Shown here in pieces: positions 18,575 to 30,039 of a stretch of 64,000 nucleotides of DNA. Positions within the stretch are counted from its first letter, which is position 1. Every line of letters starts with the position of its first letter. The stretch spans positions 20,765 to 84,764 of the IMG/VR virus record IMGVR_UViG_3300002334_000124, one strand, 5' to 3'. This DNA is from a virus. The translations under genes and the position numbers were made by a program. The notes under the pieces are model-generated. The model had not been told where the DNA came from and did no database searches. It worked only from the letters and a program-made list of their open reading frames with translations.

Positions 18575-21500
18575 ATGGTAGCAGGCACACAACAGTTTGT
18601 ACTTCAGTTCACAGCTGATACTACGGGAATGCAAACTTCTCTGCGCGGGTTTGCAGGCACGGCCAAGACTTTGCTTGCCGAGATCCAGACTATTGCCTCT
18701 CGTCCTATTAAGCCTGGCGGTATTTCTCCTGCTGCCAGTGCTGGCCTGGGAGACATTGGTCCTTTGGCGGGGGTCTCAGCTCCTCTGCTCGGTGGTTTCC
18801 AACAGGACATCACTAGTCAGGCCAGGGCTGGTGGCGCATCTTCGATTGGGGCACGTAGGGCTGGTCAGGAAGCACTTCGTCAAGCTGAAATAGCATTGGC
18901 ACAGCAGTACAATCTGACTAAATCTGAACAGATCCTCCTGTCTCGTTCTATTGAGAGGCACATCGGCGCCGAAAACAATGCTGTACGAGCAACCGAGACT
19001 CGCGCGCTTCGTGAATTTCAGGCTGCGGAATCTCTTCGTGGAGATACAGCTCGTGAGCGTGTTGCTTCAGAGAGCGCACTACGCGCCAAGGCTCAGCGTA
19101 TCGTTGCCGAGCAGCAGGAAGCTGAGGTTCTTCGACGTCTGACTCGACAAGAGGCTCGTCTTGCTGGCCTCCGTGGAGCAGAGGCTCGTGCTGCCATATC
19201 TCGTGCTTCGCAGTCGGGTGCTGCTGGTGCTGTTGGTCAACGTCCAGGCGAGTTCTTGGGAGGCGGCTTCAGACAAACGCTTCGTTTTGCTATCCCTTCT
19301 GCTTTGTTGTTCGGTGCTGCTGCTGGCATTCGGTCGATCGTCCAGGAAGCCGAAGAACTGGAACAGATCAATGTTCGTCTCACTTCACAATTTGAGAACC
19401 TTGGTAGTCTAAATGTCTTCGATGACCTGATCAAATCTTTCGGCCAGATCCCGGATGAAGCAAATCGTGCTGCTGTCGCCACTGAAGAGCTTAACTCTTT
19501 CCGCGAAGCCACTGCTGGAATTGCTCTTGATACGGGCGTTGCCGCTGATCAGGTGCTGGCTCTCGGTAGTTCATTTGTCGGTTTGTTCGCTTCGTTCGAT
19601 GGTTCTGACGACAACTTCCGTCGACTGGCTCAAGAGGCCACAAAGATAACTTCAGAGTTCAGCGTCATTACTGGTCTGAATCCTGAAGAAGCCTTCAATG
19701 ATCTGGTAGGTGCTGTTCGTACCTTTGCAAATGAAGCTCCAGATGTCAACGTATTGCTGAAGAATCTGTCTGACGACTTGGTGTCGGTGGCAGACGTTTC
19801 TGGTGTTGCTGCTGAAGAGCTTGCTGATTTCGTTGGCCGTATAGCACCTGTTTCCGAGACAGCTGGGTTCCTCATTGAGGAAGTCGCGGCTATCGGTGGT
19901 GCTTTGCTCCAGGCTTCTGGTCTCGGTGGTGCTGTACTTGCCGAGCAGTTTGGTCGTATTGTTTCTACCTTCGGTGACGGACTTGACGAAGAGCTTGCCG
20001 ACCTGGCCATTAACGTCCCTGAAATTGGTCTGAACCTTGAAGACATCTTCTCGGGCAACACTAAAGATGTCCTCTTTCAGCTGATTGAGGGCTTTGAAGG
20101 ACTATCCGAGGCACAACAGCGTCAGATCATTTCCAGTGTAGGTAGTCGTCGTGAAGGTAACACCCTTGCTACTTTGCTTCAGAACAACACTGCGGTCTTC
20201 ACGGCTTTAGCAGCCCAGCAAGACAATGCGGGCGCAGCTACGGAACGTTTTGGAAAGATATCCGAAACTCTGACTGTTAGCTTCAATCAGCTCAAGGTCG
20301 AACTCGAACTGCTTGGTCAGGAATTGTTGCAAGGTGGACTTGGCGACATCCTTCAAGATCTCATCGCTGTTGCTAGTACTTTCGCCGACATCCTTGACAA
20401 AGGTCTCGGCCCCGCGATTGCCGGGATTTCCAGTATTGTTGGAGTCTTCCCTCCTGAACTTCTGGCTCTCAGTGTCGCCATGGCTCTTGGCTCTCGTTCG
20501 GCTATAGCTTTGGGTAAGGGCCTCCTTTCTGCACGTAGTGCAACTACCGGTATCACTACTGAGTTCAGCAAACTTGGAGGATCTGCAGCGGGAGCCTCAA
20601 CCGCGACAAGTGGTCTAAGAACTGCTGCCCGTGGGCTCACAGGTGCCCTTGCGGCGGCAATTATCGTTTCTGCCGCATGGAGTGCGGGTTCTGCTCTGTA
20701 CTCCGCCAATACCGAGAGGGCAAAACGTCAGACAGAAGAGTTCACGTCTGTTCTTCGTGATTCTGGTTCAGAATTTGTGGCTATCGCTGATCGTGCCCGT
20801 GAATTGAATGTAGAACTGGAAGAGACTATTCGTCTCGAAGGGGCCGCTTCGGCAGGAAGAGGAGGAGGAGGCTCTGTTGATCCAACTGGGTTTGGAGCAG
20901 GTCTTGTTAGTTTGGCTCGTGGACGTGATGATCTCGAAGATATCAACAAGCTTCTTGATTTTGCTGGATTAAACGCTAGTCAATTAGTTGCTGAGTTGAT
21001 CAAAGTTGAACAAGAGACAGGTCGCCTAAATTCACCACAGGTTGCGTCTGTACTCACTAGCGAGAGCGGAAGTTTTGAGCAACTTCTCGGGGACGAACCG
21101 TCAAAGAGCCGCGTTGCATTAGTGAATGCTCTTGATCGTCTGGCTAAAGATGAAGGTCTGTCACAGGGTCAGATCATTGATGTATTCGACACTCTGTTTG
21201 ACGCTACCGATGCTGCTGAAGGCACCGCAGCGGCGCAAGCTGATGCCGTTTCTGATTTCTTAGACACATTACAATCTGCCAACTCACAGAATGATGACAT
21301 TCGTGCCCAGATTAGTGAACTGAAGTCGATTCGTGATGACACTACTGAAGGTGAAATTGATTTTGTAATTGCCGCTGCTCTTGCTTTTCCTGATCTTGCG
21401 GAAGCTGCCAATAAAGCTGCTGCTGAAGTACAAGGTATTCGTAATGAGATAAATCAAGGTGCTACTGACCTTGCTGTGGTTCGCGCCCAGCTTGAAGCTG

Positions 21501-23752
21501 GGCTCGCCACACAGCAAGAATTTGCTTCCGCCGCAGGTGAACAGGTTGAGAATTTACGTACACAACTTCAGGCTGCGGCGGCGGTGGGCAGTCAAGAACA
21601 GGTTCTCCGAATCATTGAGAGTATGACAGCTATCGAACAAGAGGTCGCAAAGTTTGCTTTGGACCGCTTTGAGAAGGACCAAAGAATCCTTGCCCTTCTC
21701 GGTCAGCCAACCGACGATATCGCTGATCTGCAGGCACTCGCTTTAGATCCAGCTATTCAGAAAGATGCTGAGAGATTTCTTGATACTGTCGAGAAATTGG
21801 TTGAGGCTGAAAAAGCATTGGTATTTGAAGCAGCCGAGCGTGTCGGTTCAGCAGAAGAAGCTCGTGTGATCCTCGATGGATTTTCTTTATCCATAGAGAC
21901 TGGGGATTTATTTGTTGAGGCTCAATTGGGTGCTGAATCGGCTTTCCTTGAGGATCTCCTGTCTTTGCAAGGGGCAAGCGAAGAAGAGATTGAGAGCACT
22001 TTTGCATTCATCGCGGAACAAATCAATTTAGGACGAGATCTCGAAAACATCCTGTTCCAGCTTCTGACACAACAAATTGCTGATCTGGAAGTCGTTCTTT
22101 CTGAAGGTTCTGAATTTGGTCATATTGTCCAGGATATTAGTGCACAAATTGCGGCTATCAAGTCGACGCGAGGATCGTTAGAAACGGCTGACCTTCCTAG
22201 CATTGCGCCTGGTTCTGAGGTTGGTCTTGACACCGACAAGGTCGCCGATGCAGTTGAAAATCTGAATGATCAGTACGAGCGTGTTCTTGAGGGAATCGAA
22301 CGTGACTCCAAGATTCTTCGTGCGTTCGGGATTGACAACACTCCAGAACAGTTGGCCGACGAAGCTGCTCAGCTCGCCACAATTCTGTCTGACCCAAACT
22401 TCACAGATTCCGATGCCCGTTTCGAAGCAGCTGTTCAACTTGCTGGTGTGTTGCAAGCGATAGCGCTACTTGAGGGTGCAGAACTTATTGCGGCTAGTCA
22501 GGCTTTAGAATTGCTGACAAATGCAGCAGACTTGGAGCAACTGGTTACGGCTGAAGCTGTGTTCGCATCTATTAGCGCTGCTGGTAGTGCGTTTCAGAAT
22601 TTCCTAAACCAGTATTTAGATGTTGGCGAGGAGACCCTCAATGCCTTGCTCCGTTCAATCGCCGAGTTTGTGGCTGCGGGTGCAAGTTCAGCGGAGGCCC
22701 TGGCCAAGGCTTCTAGCATTGTGTTTGGCGCACAGATTGACAGCCTTAGAGGAAACGCGCGACTCCTAAACGAATTGGGTCTCAGTTCAACCATAATTGA
22801 CAACCAGATCAGTGAACTTTCCACACAGAGCCAGGCTCTTAATGCCAACTCTGCTGATATTCCGAAGATCAACATTGGTGGAGTCGACATTGCAGATATT
22901 GGACCTATTGGGGGGGGTAGTGGAGGAGGAGGCGGAAAGGATGTTGAAGACGTTGCTTCGGCATTGGCCCAGGCCCGATTCGAAAGACTTCGTGCCCGGT
23001 TTGCTCTGGATCCCGTACGTCTAGCTCGTATCGCCCAGAGAGAAGCTGACCAGGCTCTGGCGGACGCGAAGAATAAGGCCGAACGGATTAGCGCGAAGGC
23101 ACAGCGGTTGAACGCCGATCGTGAATTCGCGACAGCTATCCGGGATGTATTCGACGCTCAAACTGAACTTGCTATCTCTCTTGCAGAGATCGCTGGTGAC
23201 ACAGAAGAGGCTCTCTCACTCGGAGTCCAGCAGGCTATAGATGCATTGGCGTTCTTGAGGTCTCAAGGGGCAGGTGACGCTTCTGTCGCGAATGCAAAGC
23301 AGCAACTGGCCGAAGCACAGGAAAGAGAATTCGAGGGTCTGATCCAGGATCAGCTGGGAGACCTTGACTTCTTGTTCAATCTGGGAGACCTGACTTCGCA
23401 GCAGTACGTAGCTCAGCTGCAGACCGTTCTTGCTGGTTTGGATCCTATAGCTGACGAGGATCTGTTCAGAGATTTGACTCTACAGATTAAGGATTTGCGT
23501 GGACGCACGAACGACCTCTCATCCAATCTAGGTGACTTTGACTTCCCTAGCTTGTTCGAGGTTCGACGTCTAGCCCAGACAGGTTTCGGTGGTACCCCAG
23601 ATCAGGCGGGTCCGGGTGGACGAGTAGACAATAGGCAGATCAGTGTGGTCTTCAATATTTCTGATGGTGTGAGTTGGGAAGACGCGGTTGACGTGATCAA
23701 TGACGCTATAGGAACGGACACGCCCGTATCGTTCGAGACTAGGATTTACTAG
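18575..23752 (+). CDS. Tape measure protein
   Basis: 1725 aa, Ala/Leu/Glu-rich helical protein after the chaperone pair. Confidence 0.9.
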   Translation: MVAGTQQFVLQFTADTTGMQTSLRGFAGTAKTLLAEIQTIASRPIKPGGISPAASAGLGDIGPLAGVSAPLLGGFQQDITSQARAGGASSIGARRAGQEALRQAEIALAQQYNLTKSEQILLSRSIERHIGAENNAVRATETRALREFQAAESLRGDTARERVASESALRAKAQRIVAEQQEAEVLRRLTRQEARLAGLRGAEARAAISRASQSGAAGAVGQRPGEFLGGGFRQTLRFAIPSALLFGAAAGIRSIVQEAEELEQINVRLTSQFENLGSLNVFDDLIKSFGQIPDEANRAAVATEELNSFREATAGIALDTGVAADQVLALGSSFVGLFASFDGSDDNFRRLAQEATKITSEFSVITGLNPEEAFNDLVGAVRTFANEAPDVNVLLKNLSDDLVSVADVSGVAAEELADFVGRIAPVSETAGFLIEEVAAIGGALLQASGLGGAVLAEQFGRIVSTFGDGLDEELADLAINVPEIGLNLEDIFSGNTKDVLFQLIEGFEGLSEAQQRQIISSVGSRREGNTLATLLQNNTAVFTALAAQQDNAGAATERFGKISETLTVSFNQLKVELELLGQELLQGGLGDILQDLIAVASTFADILDKGLGPAIAGISSIVGVFPPELLALSVAMALGSRSAIALGKGLLSARSATTGITTEFSKLGGSAAGASTATSGLRTAARGLTGALAAAIIVSAAWSAGSALYSANTERAKRQTEEFTSVLRDSGSEFVAIADRARELNVELEETIRLEGAASAGRGGGGSVDPTGFGAGLVSLARGRDDLEDINKLLDFAGLNASQLVAELIKVEQETGRLNSPQVASVLTSESGSFEQLLGDEPSKSRVALVNALDRLAKDEGLSQGQIIDVFDTLFDATDAAEGTAAAQADAVSDFLDTLQSANSQNDDIRAQISELKSIRDDTTEGEIDFVIAAALAFPDLAEAANKAAAEVQGIRNEINQGATDLAVVRAQLEAGLATQQEFASAAGEQVENLRTQLQAAAAVGSQEQVLRIIESMTAIEQEVAKFALDRFEKDQRILALLGQPTDDIADLQALALDPAIQKDAERFLDTVEKLVEAEKALVFEAAERVGSAEEARVILDGFSLSIETGDLFVEAQLGAESAFLEDLLSLQGASEEEIESTFAFIAEQINLGRDLENILFQLLTQQIADLEVVLSEGSEFGHIVQDISAQIAAIKSTRGSLETADLPSIAPGSEVGLDTDKVADAVENLNDQYERVLEGIERDSKILRAFGIDNTPEQLADEAAQLATILSDPNFTDSDARFEAAVQLAGVLQAIALLEGAELIAASQALELLTNAADLEQLVTAEAVFASISAAGSAFQNFLNQYLDVGEETLNALLRSIAEFVAAGASSAEALAKASSIVFGAQIDSLRGNARLLNELGLSSTIIDNQISELSTQSQALNANSADIPKINIGGVDIADIGPIGGGSGGGGGKDVEDVASALAQARFERLRARFALDPVRLARIAQREADQALADAKNKAERISAKAQRLNADREFATAIRDVFDAQTELAISLAEIAGDTEEALSLGVQQAIDALAFLRSQGAGDASVANAKQQLAEAQEREFEGLIQDQLGDLDFLFNLGDLTSQQYVAQLQTVLAGLDPIADEDLFRDLTLQIKDLRGRTNDLSSNLGDFDFPSLFEVRRLAQTGFGGTPDQAGPGGRVDNRQISVVFNISDGVSWEDAVDVINDAIGTDTPVSFETRIY

Positions 23753-23761
23753 GAGGTAATC

Positions 23762-24151
23762 ATGCCAGTAGGAGTAACCCGATGGACGTTCTTCGACCCG
23801 ACTGACAGCAGCACGTATGAGTTTGCTATCAACCCTAACGAAGGCGGTTCCCCTGACTACAGGAAGAACATCACTTACACAAACACGGCGGGCCAGAACG
23901 GAAACGTACTAGCTTTCGAGGGTAGGGACGCGCCGAAACAACATACAATCTCGGGAACTATCTTGACTCAGGTGCATTTGGAAGCGTTTGTCACGTGGTT
24001 TGAGAAACGTCATGCCATCACGGTTACTGACGACCTTCTGCGTACCTTTTCGATATACATTACAGGCTTTGCGCCCCGACGTCAGCGTTCTGCCCTGCAT
24101 CCGTACAAGCATACATATACGATGACATACGTCGAACTAGACTGGCCATAA
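23762..24151 (+). CDS. Distal tail protein (Dit-like, putative)
   Basis: Directly after TMP; AGGAGGT RBS; FAINPNE motif. Confidence 0.55.
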   Translation: MPVGVTRWTFFDPTDSSTYEFAINPNEGGSPDYRKNITYTNTAGQNGNVLAFEGRDAPKQHTISGTILTQVHLEAFVTWFEKRHAITVTDDLLRTFSIYITGFAPRRQRSALHPYKHTYTMTYVELDWP

Positions 24152-24163
24152 GGATTTGGAACT

Positions 24164-26449
24164 GTGAGAACGCTCACTACTATTCGAGGACTCTGGGAGT
24201 CCAACGACGGAAAAATGATCGGCGACAAGCGACCTCATTGTCGCGTCACGGTAGAGGCCAACTGGCAACTGAATCTAACAGGGGCCAGCTACGGGACCTC
24301 TGAGAAAGGTCCGTTCCGTTACTGGTTCTTTGCAGACCAATCACAGGTTGAGACAGAGGTTCCCCACATCAGGAATGTGGTCATGAACAGCGGTCTTGAC
24401 AAGGACACGGCAGACTGCACGATCACTATCTTCAACACCTCTCATGAAGACAATGCCAATGCAGAAAATGAACAGCCTGGCGTGCTTGGAAACCCTGGTT
24501 ATCTCGGTTTCAATTACGGGCAGAGCGACGAGGCCGCGGCAATATACGGTCAGACAGCTAATTCTTGGGCAGGCGTGCTTGTCCCCAATGCCTTAATTCG
24601 TACCTATCAGGGCTACGGTGGTTTTGAGGCTGATGGTGTCACTCCGAAGTCTATTGTTGATGCGGTGGCTGATGGCAATCTTGCTATTACTGGCACTTGG
24701 ATGATCGACACGGCGAGGACTGGCACGAGTGGATTAATGACCCTCAAATGCAGAGACATGGGTAAGCTGCTCATCGATCAATCCGTTTACCTGCCTCTTG
24801 TTCCTGACCGCTATTACCCTCTCAGATATTGTCGTTTCCTTTACGAACTTGTTCCTGGCTCACCAGCCGTAGATCCGGTTCCGGGGACTCAGAACTCTAC
24901 GAATACGGAACCGGTGACCCTCACCCATTTCGACAGCAACGTACAAAGATGGTATCCAAGTCTGGCCGACAATGATCTATATCACGGCCGCAGGGTCAAC
25001 GCGTGGGTTGATGGTGACAGGAAGACCGAGACGTGGTCCGTTGGTACTGTCCATCCTTCACGTATCTTCTCTCGCGTTTGGTGGGAAGCAAGAGCACATG
25101 GAGCTAGTGTCAGTGAAGTTTACATCAAATCAAGTTACAATTCGTTTGGTACCACCTGGATCTCGATCAGAGAAGGTGGTGTTTGGCAAGGGGCTCGGGT
25201 TATCCCGTGGGATGACGCAAATGGGGACGGTAAATCCGACTCGCTCAATGCTTCTCAGAACACAGCAGTAGAAGACACAGACATCAATTACGTGAGACGC
25301 GCCTCCGTGTCAAATGCGGGCAGGTGGTACAAGTTGGATCGGACTTACACGGCGCAGCGGATTCGAATCACCACAATTGAGAATTGGATTTCTCCGATTG
25401 GTCCATTCTTCTATCGTGCGGTCCTAAGAGAAGTGCAGGCTCGCCATGTCAGCGAAAGCATAGATGGTACTCCTGGCACTCCGGGCGTGGATGAGATCCC
25501 AGATTCCACGTTGCGTACGGATGGAAACATTCAGGACTGGACCGATCCCGTGAAAGACATCTTGTTGTGGTCTGGATTCTTGTTTTATGAAGGAGTTGCT
25601 CCTGCTGGAGGGGCTGAGGTGCATGGCCTGATTGAAACTGCTGGCAATGCACCTACTGAATGCATGGAAGAAGACTTCTTTGACAAGAAAAGTCCGATGG
25701 AGGTCATTACAGCCGTCAAGGAAATATTGGGCTACATCTTCTTCATTGATGAACAGGGTGCCGTCAGGTTTCATTCTCCTAACTGGTGGTCGGCAGGCAA
25801 CACCACTGAACTAGGAGAGCGCACCTCATACATTCCCGAGTTGTTAGACAGTCAAGTTATTGTTGATTACACATCTGAGCATTCCGACAAGTCTATGCGT
25901 TCGGAGATCATTGTAGGGTCAAATGTTCCTAGCGAAACAGATGATCGCACACAGTTTGTGCGTCATATTCCTGAGCAGGTGTCTCTACTGAGAGGCATGG
26001 TGAAGCCAGCCATGTTGATCAACGAGATATATCAGCTTGAGATAGAGCAGAGATTGACTGCCGCTCTGATTGGATTGCACATTATGTTCCAGTCGCGGAG
26101 TGGTCGCGTGACTATTCTTGCTAATCCAGAGATCCAGATCAACGACCAGATTCGCATTACAGAACGTAATACTTCTGAGTCTTACATTCACTATGTTCGC
26201 AGTATCTCTTCGAACCACAATTTGGACACTAACGAGTGGACCATGACTCTCGAAACGAACTGGCTAGGAGAAGAAGACGACTGGGTTTTCAATCGTGATT
26301 TCTTCATCAGTACGTATTTCCCTGATACTGAGATTCCACCTCTAGATGGCTTCGATAGCGGAATTCAGAATGTACTACTGGACATCAACACTCCCATCCC
26401 AATCGCTTTTGTTCCGGATCCAGGCGGAGACGGAGCAGGGTCAATCTAA
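24164..26449 (+). CDS. Baseplate hub/tail tip protein with central inserted domain
   Basis: LKCRDMGKLL, FFIDEQGAVRF and ANPEIQINDQI hub-type motifs. Confidence 0.7.
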   Translation: MRTLTTIRGLWESNDGKMIGDKRPHCRVTVEANWQLNLTGASYGTSEKGPFRYWFFADQSQVETEVPHIRNVVMNSGLDKDTADCTITIFNTSHEDNANAENEQPGVLGNPGYLGFNYGQSDEAAAIYGQTANSWAGVLVPNALIRTYQGYGGFEADGVTPKSIVDAVADGNLAITGTWMIDTARTGTSGLMTLKCRDMGKLLIDQSVYLPLVPDRYYPLRYCRFLYELVPGSPAVDPVPGTQNSTNTEPVTLTHFDSNVQRWYPSLADNDLYHGRRVNAWVDGDRKTETWSVGTVHPSRIFSRVWWEARAHGASVSEVYIKSSYNSFGTTWISIREGGVWQGARVIPWDDANGDGKSDSLNASQNTAVEDTDINYVRRASVSNAGRWYKLDRTYTAQRIRITTIENWISPIGPFFYRAVLREVQARHVSESIDGTPGTPGVDEIPDSTLRTDGNIQDWTDPVKDILLWSGFLFYEGVAPAGGAEVHGLIETAGNAPTECMEEDFFDKKSPMEVITAVKEILGYIFFIDEQGAVRFHSPNWWSAGNTTELGERTSYIPELLDSQVIVDYTSEHSDKSMRSEIIVGSNVPSETDDRTQFVRHIPEQVSLLRGMVKPAMLINEIYQLEIEQRLTAALIGLHIMFQSRSGRVTILANPEIQINDQIRITERNTSESYIHYVRSISSNHNLDTNEWTMTLETNWLGEEDDWVFNRDFFISTYFPDTEIPPLDGFDSGIQNVLLDINTPIPIAFVPDPGGDGAGSI

Positions 26450-26952
26450 TGCCTAGCATTCCCACATTTCCAGGTCCTAGAGACGGATCTGTTGGTAGTA
26501 GCACCTCACGTGCTCGTGCGACATCTCTGCCTGCTGCTACTGCTAGGGGCAAGCAGAACCTACAACGCAATCGTGATGTTCTTCCTGCCGAATACGTTAT
26601 CAAGGGCAGAACAAGAGTTCTTGGCTTGGGAGAGGCCACAGTCGATATTAGGTTCCCTGTCATATACATTGAGCCTCCGATCTTCCAATTTGGTGGAGAA
26701 CTAGCTGAGGGCTCGTCGTTGGTTCAGGGTACGTTTCCCACAATCAGCGCTATTGTCTCACAGTGGGAGATAGACGAGCCAGACCTTGATTTGTTTGGTC
26801 AGTCTCTGCGTATCTGGTATAGGGGTGCAACTCTTGCAATAGTGACCACAGGCCCACCAGATACAGATGTGTATTTGCATTGGACCTTTACGGGGAGGGC
26901 CGTCTCTAATCCAGTGGCAGGGTCGGAGACTGTCCCGCCGATCACTATCTAA
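26449..26952 (+). CDS. Minor tail protein
   Basis: TAATG-coupled in tail-tip cluster. Confidence 0.55.
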   Translation: MPSIPTFPGPRDGSVGSSTSRARATSLPAATARGKQNLQRNRDVLPAEYVIKGRTRVLGLGEATVDIRFPVIYIEPPIFQFGGELAEGSSLVQGTFPTISAIVSQWEIDEPDLDLFGQSLRIWYRGATLAIVTTGPPDTDVYLHWTFTGRAVSNPVAGSETVPPITI

Positions 26953-26954
26953 TC

Positions 26955-27749
26955 ATGCCGAGCCGACTTGTATACGTACGCAATCGAAACACCGAAACGG
27001 TTTCGGCGAATCGTCGTGTCGTCGCGGCTGGAGATACCGACCTTTACAGTGCCGTTTTTACGGAAGTAACTGGATCGATTCTTGCTTACAACTCTGACGG
27101 AGTGTCTACAGACACCCAGACTTTTACCGTCCCGACAGACTTGGAAGACGGGGACTTTTGTTACCACCTGAATCACAAGACAGACAACCTTGACATCCTC
27201 TACGCTCGCACAGGTTGGACTGAACATCGTTCGACATCTGGATCTGGCGGTTCCCCTGATCGTGGCATCTCGACCCGTTACATGACAGTTACGGATGCAG
27301 CTGCAGAGATAGCGGGTGGCACATGGGAGTTTACTACGCCTGGTGCAGACGTGAACGTAGGGTTTGTTTGGATAATTAAAGGGGTCAGAGCTACCGGCAA
27401 CCCCATAGATTCGTCGTTCCTCATCAATACCAGTTTCAAGAGGAACCCCTTCAGGACTCGGTCTAACACGGTCATCAATGACAATACGATCCTTCTTAGC
27501 GCTTCTACGGCAGGTGGCCTGGTTGCGAACACGCCCGGTGTGAGGACAACTGCACCTCCACCACATGTGTCTGTAGGTAACTATCTTGACAGTCCTGCTG
27601 TTGATGGGATCAGCGAAAGGGCTTGGGGGGCGGCAGTGTTCTGGACTCAAGACTTGAGTGGTGCATCGACACAAGATGACTACACTATGGCAAACACTGG
27701 TGTGGACTGGGGCGTCGGCGAATTCACCGTGGCATTGAGGAAAGCATAA
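26955..27749 (+). CDS. Minor tail/virion protein
   Basis: Thr-rich beta protein; VPTDLEDGD motif resembles gene 11881. Confidence 0.55.
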   Translation: MPSRLVYVRNRNTETVSANRRVVAAGDTDLYSAVFTEVTGSILAYNSDGVSTDTQTFTVPTDLEDGDFCYHLNHKTDNLDILYARTGWTEHRSTSGSGGSPDRGISTRYMTVTDAAAEIAGGTWEFTTPGADVNVGFVWIIKGVRATGNPIDSSFLINTSFKRNPFRTRSNTVINDNTILLSASTAGGLVANTPGVRTTAPPPHVSVGNYLDSPAVDGISERAWGAAVFWTQDLSGASTQDDYTMANTGVDWGVGEFTVALRKA

Positions 27750-28066
27750 TGGCTCTAGTAAGTCGCACCATCACTCTCCAGGAACAAAGCACCATCTTGC
27801 TCGTGGGATATGCAAACAACACAACATCTACTTCGCTCACCTTTGTCATCAATGGAGTGGAGGCGTCCTTGGGTCCTGTCGTTACTTCTCCATCGGGCGC
27901 TACGGGTGCGGAACCCGTCATCTTTGGTGTCACTACTCTTGCTGCAGGCTGCCACGAAATCGTTATGAGTAGCATCAATGATGACTTGGTAAGTGGATGG
28001 CTGTGGGTCGTGGTGGGCCAGGACACCGACAACACCGATGACAACACTACGTTGAGTTTCCCTTAG
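27749..28066 (+). CDS. Minor virion protein
   Basis: TAATG-coupled; beta-rich. Confidence 0.5.
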   Translation: MALVSRTITLQEQSTILLVGYANNTTSTSLTFVINGVEASLGPVVTSPSGATGAEPVIFGVTTLAAGCHEIVMSSINDDLVSGWLWVVVGQDTDNTDDNTTLSFP

Positions 28067-28081
28067 TAGAATCGATGAATC

Positions 28082-29542
28082 ATGCCTAACGTTATTCGCA
28101 ACAGAGACGGAGAAGCCGCTCCTTCCGGAAGTCATGCTTCCGAGGCTGGTGGGGCCATATATGCCATCACGGGTTTGATAAGGGACGGCACGGTCTGGAG
28201 GAGCGATCCTGTTAACATCTTTGTGTCTGACGATGCTGACCTAACTGCTACTGTTTTCATGGTCGCATGCATCACGCCCGAGGTCGATTCGGGTACGCCG
28301 GTGAATGCCTACACGCTCTATTTCAATATGGATGGCGTTCGTTTGACGGACTTTCCACACAGCGGCATTGGCGTTACAGAGAGAATAGGCACGCGTCACG
28401 TAACAGGGATGAGGATTCCGGGTGCTGGTTCTCATACGATATATGCCGAACTGGATGATCCAGGGTCAGAAATCACTACGTTTCACGGAGAATGGTCAGG
28501 GTTCCTCATGTTGGGGACAGACGGAACGTTCATCCCGGAAGATTGCCCAACTCCGATAGTTTTGCACGACCCAACTTTCTCTACTGACTTCACTATTGGT
28601 GGCTCCGTCGGCCTAAGTAGCACTGGCGACCTATTGAGCTATTCCCGGTCTCTCAGTTCGACTACGAAAGAGCTACGCACACTAGATCTGGTTTCTGGAG
28701 TGGATTCTTTGATCGCTTCGATCGGATTTACCAACCCATTCAACGGCGCTAATAGCGCTGGGATGACCCATGATGGAGTCCCGTACTGGGTAATAGATGG
28801 TCATTGGGATGGCAATAGCTCCAACTCGGAATGGGGTTACGGTTTAGGGGCCTCACCGATAGCAACGTTTGACAGCAACACCTATGGCACTGGACCCGAA
28901 ATAATGTGGGACGCAACACAGGGTCACTGGTGGGTTGGGACGTGGGGAGACACAAACAACACCACATGGGGAGATGATGCAACTGCCAGAAACGAAGGCG
29001 CGCTGTGGTCGATGACTCTCGGTGGTTCAGCATCGGAACTCTTCTCGGAGGCAAGTCATGGTGACGAATCATCACCAGCAGCGTGCTTCCTGTCTATGAA
29101 ACCCGTTGCTCCTGACGGGCAAGGCGGCGTTTATTTCTCGGTCGGGCATCTCCATCTTAACGAAGTGAGTGGGTCATTCATTTCGTGGGATCATGACCTC
29201 AGACACTATTCGCCCACTGATGGCATTACGACTGGCCTGGGCCACGGTGTTGGCTTCAGATTTAACAACATCCCATTGCTTGTCACCCCTGCAGGCGGTC
29301 TCTATGTTTGGAGTGAGACACATCAATGTGTCGCTTTCATTTCTCCATCACCAGATCTTGTGACCACTATTGTTAAGTGCCTAGGACCAGAGACTTCACC
29401 AATCGGCAACAACCAGAACAACAATGCGACTGGGTTTGCTTTTACTGACACGAGCGGAGAGACATCGATCGCTGCCTTTCCTCAGAGTGACTCAGATCGT
29501 GGACCTTGGGGTGTTGAGTCTAGGGTGGAGGTTTCAACGTGA
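28082..29542 (+). CDS. Virion protein, possible beta-propeller receptor-binding domain
   Basis: Gly/Ser/Thr/Trp-rich; APDGQGGVYF and TPAGGLYVW blade-like segments. Confidence 0.5.
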   Translation: MPNVIRNRDGEAAPSGSHASEAGGAIYAITGLIRDGTVWRSDPVNIFVSDDADLTATVFMVACITPEVDSGTPVNAYTLYFNMDGVRLTDFPHSGIGVTERIGTRHVTGMRIPGAGSHTIYAELDDPGSEITTFHGEWSGFLMLGTDGTFIPEDCPTPIVLHDPTFSTDFTIGGSVGLSSTGDLLSYSRSLSSTTKELRTLDLVSGVDSLIASIGFTNPFNGANSAGMTHDGVPYWVIDGHWDGNSSNSEWGYGLGASPIATFDSNTYGTGPEIMWDATQGHWWVGTWGDTNNTTWGDDATARNEGALWSMTLGGSASELFSEASHGDESSPAACFLSMKPVAPDGQGGVYFSVGHLHLNEVSGSFISWDHDLRHYSPTDGITTGLGHGVGFRFNNIPLLVTPAGGLYVWSETHQCVAFISPSPDLVTTIVKCLGPETSPIGNNQNNNATGFAFTDTSGETSIAAFPQSDSDRGPWGVESRVEVST

Positions 29543-30039
29543 GAGACATAGTCGTTCTTCGTACCCGTCAAACTGAAGGGGTGTCCTCTGCACGTGCTAT
29601 AGGTGGTGGCACTCCCATCATCAGGGGTTTCTTCACGGACATCTCGGGAGATCCTTCTGAAGATACTCTCATTGGGGAGGACGTAGAAATAGTCCTTGAG
29701 AATTCTGCTTCTGTAGTCCTCATTTTCCATGGACAGCTAACACACAGTGGCGGCTCGGGGAGCGTCTTTACCGCCCAGGCTTATTTCGTAGTGAATGGTA
29801 CGACCTATTGGGGAGGGCCTGTGGGAGGTCAGAAGTACGACGCTTCCGGCGCTGATCATTTCAATCTAGACATGACCGCGACACACTCATTGGGCGCAGG
29901 CACTCACACCTTCAACGTCTGGGTACAGACCGACAGGACCAACTGGACTGCTTCGTATTTGTCGTTTCTTGTCGTTGAAGGTGGGTTTACGGGAACATCA
30001 AGTCTAATCACCGGTAGCTCAGCCTTGATATCGGAATGA
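29539..30039 (+). CDS. Minor virion protein
   Basis: GTGA overlap; LGAGTHTF beta-sandwich motif. Confidence 0.5.
   Translation: MRDIVVLRTRQTEGVSSARAIGGGTPIIRGFFTDISGDPSEDTLIGEDVEIVLENSASVVLIFHGQLTHSGGSGSVFTAQAYFVVNGTTYWGGPVGGQKYDASGADHFNLDMTATHSLGAGTHTFNVWVQTDRTNWTASYLSFLVVEGGFTGTSSLITGSSALISE

Noticed and set aside
22910-22917. G8 tract as a phase-variation switch
   Set aside because: It lies in a Gly-rich linker of the essential tape measure gene with the frame intact.
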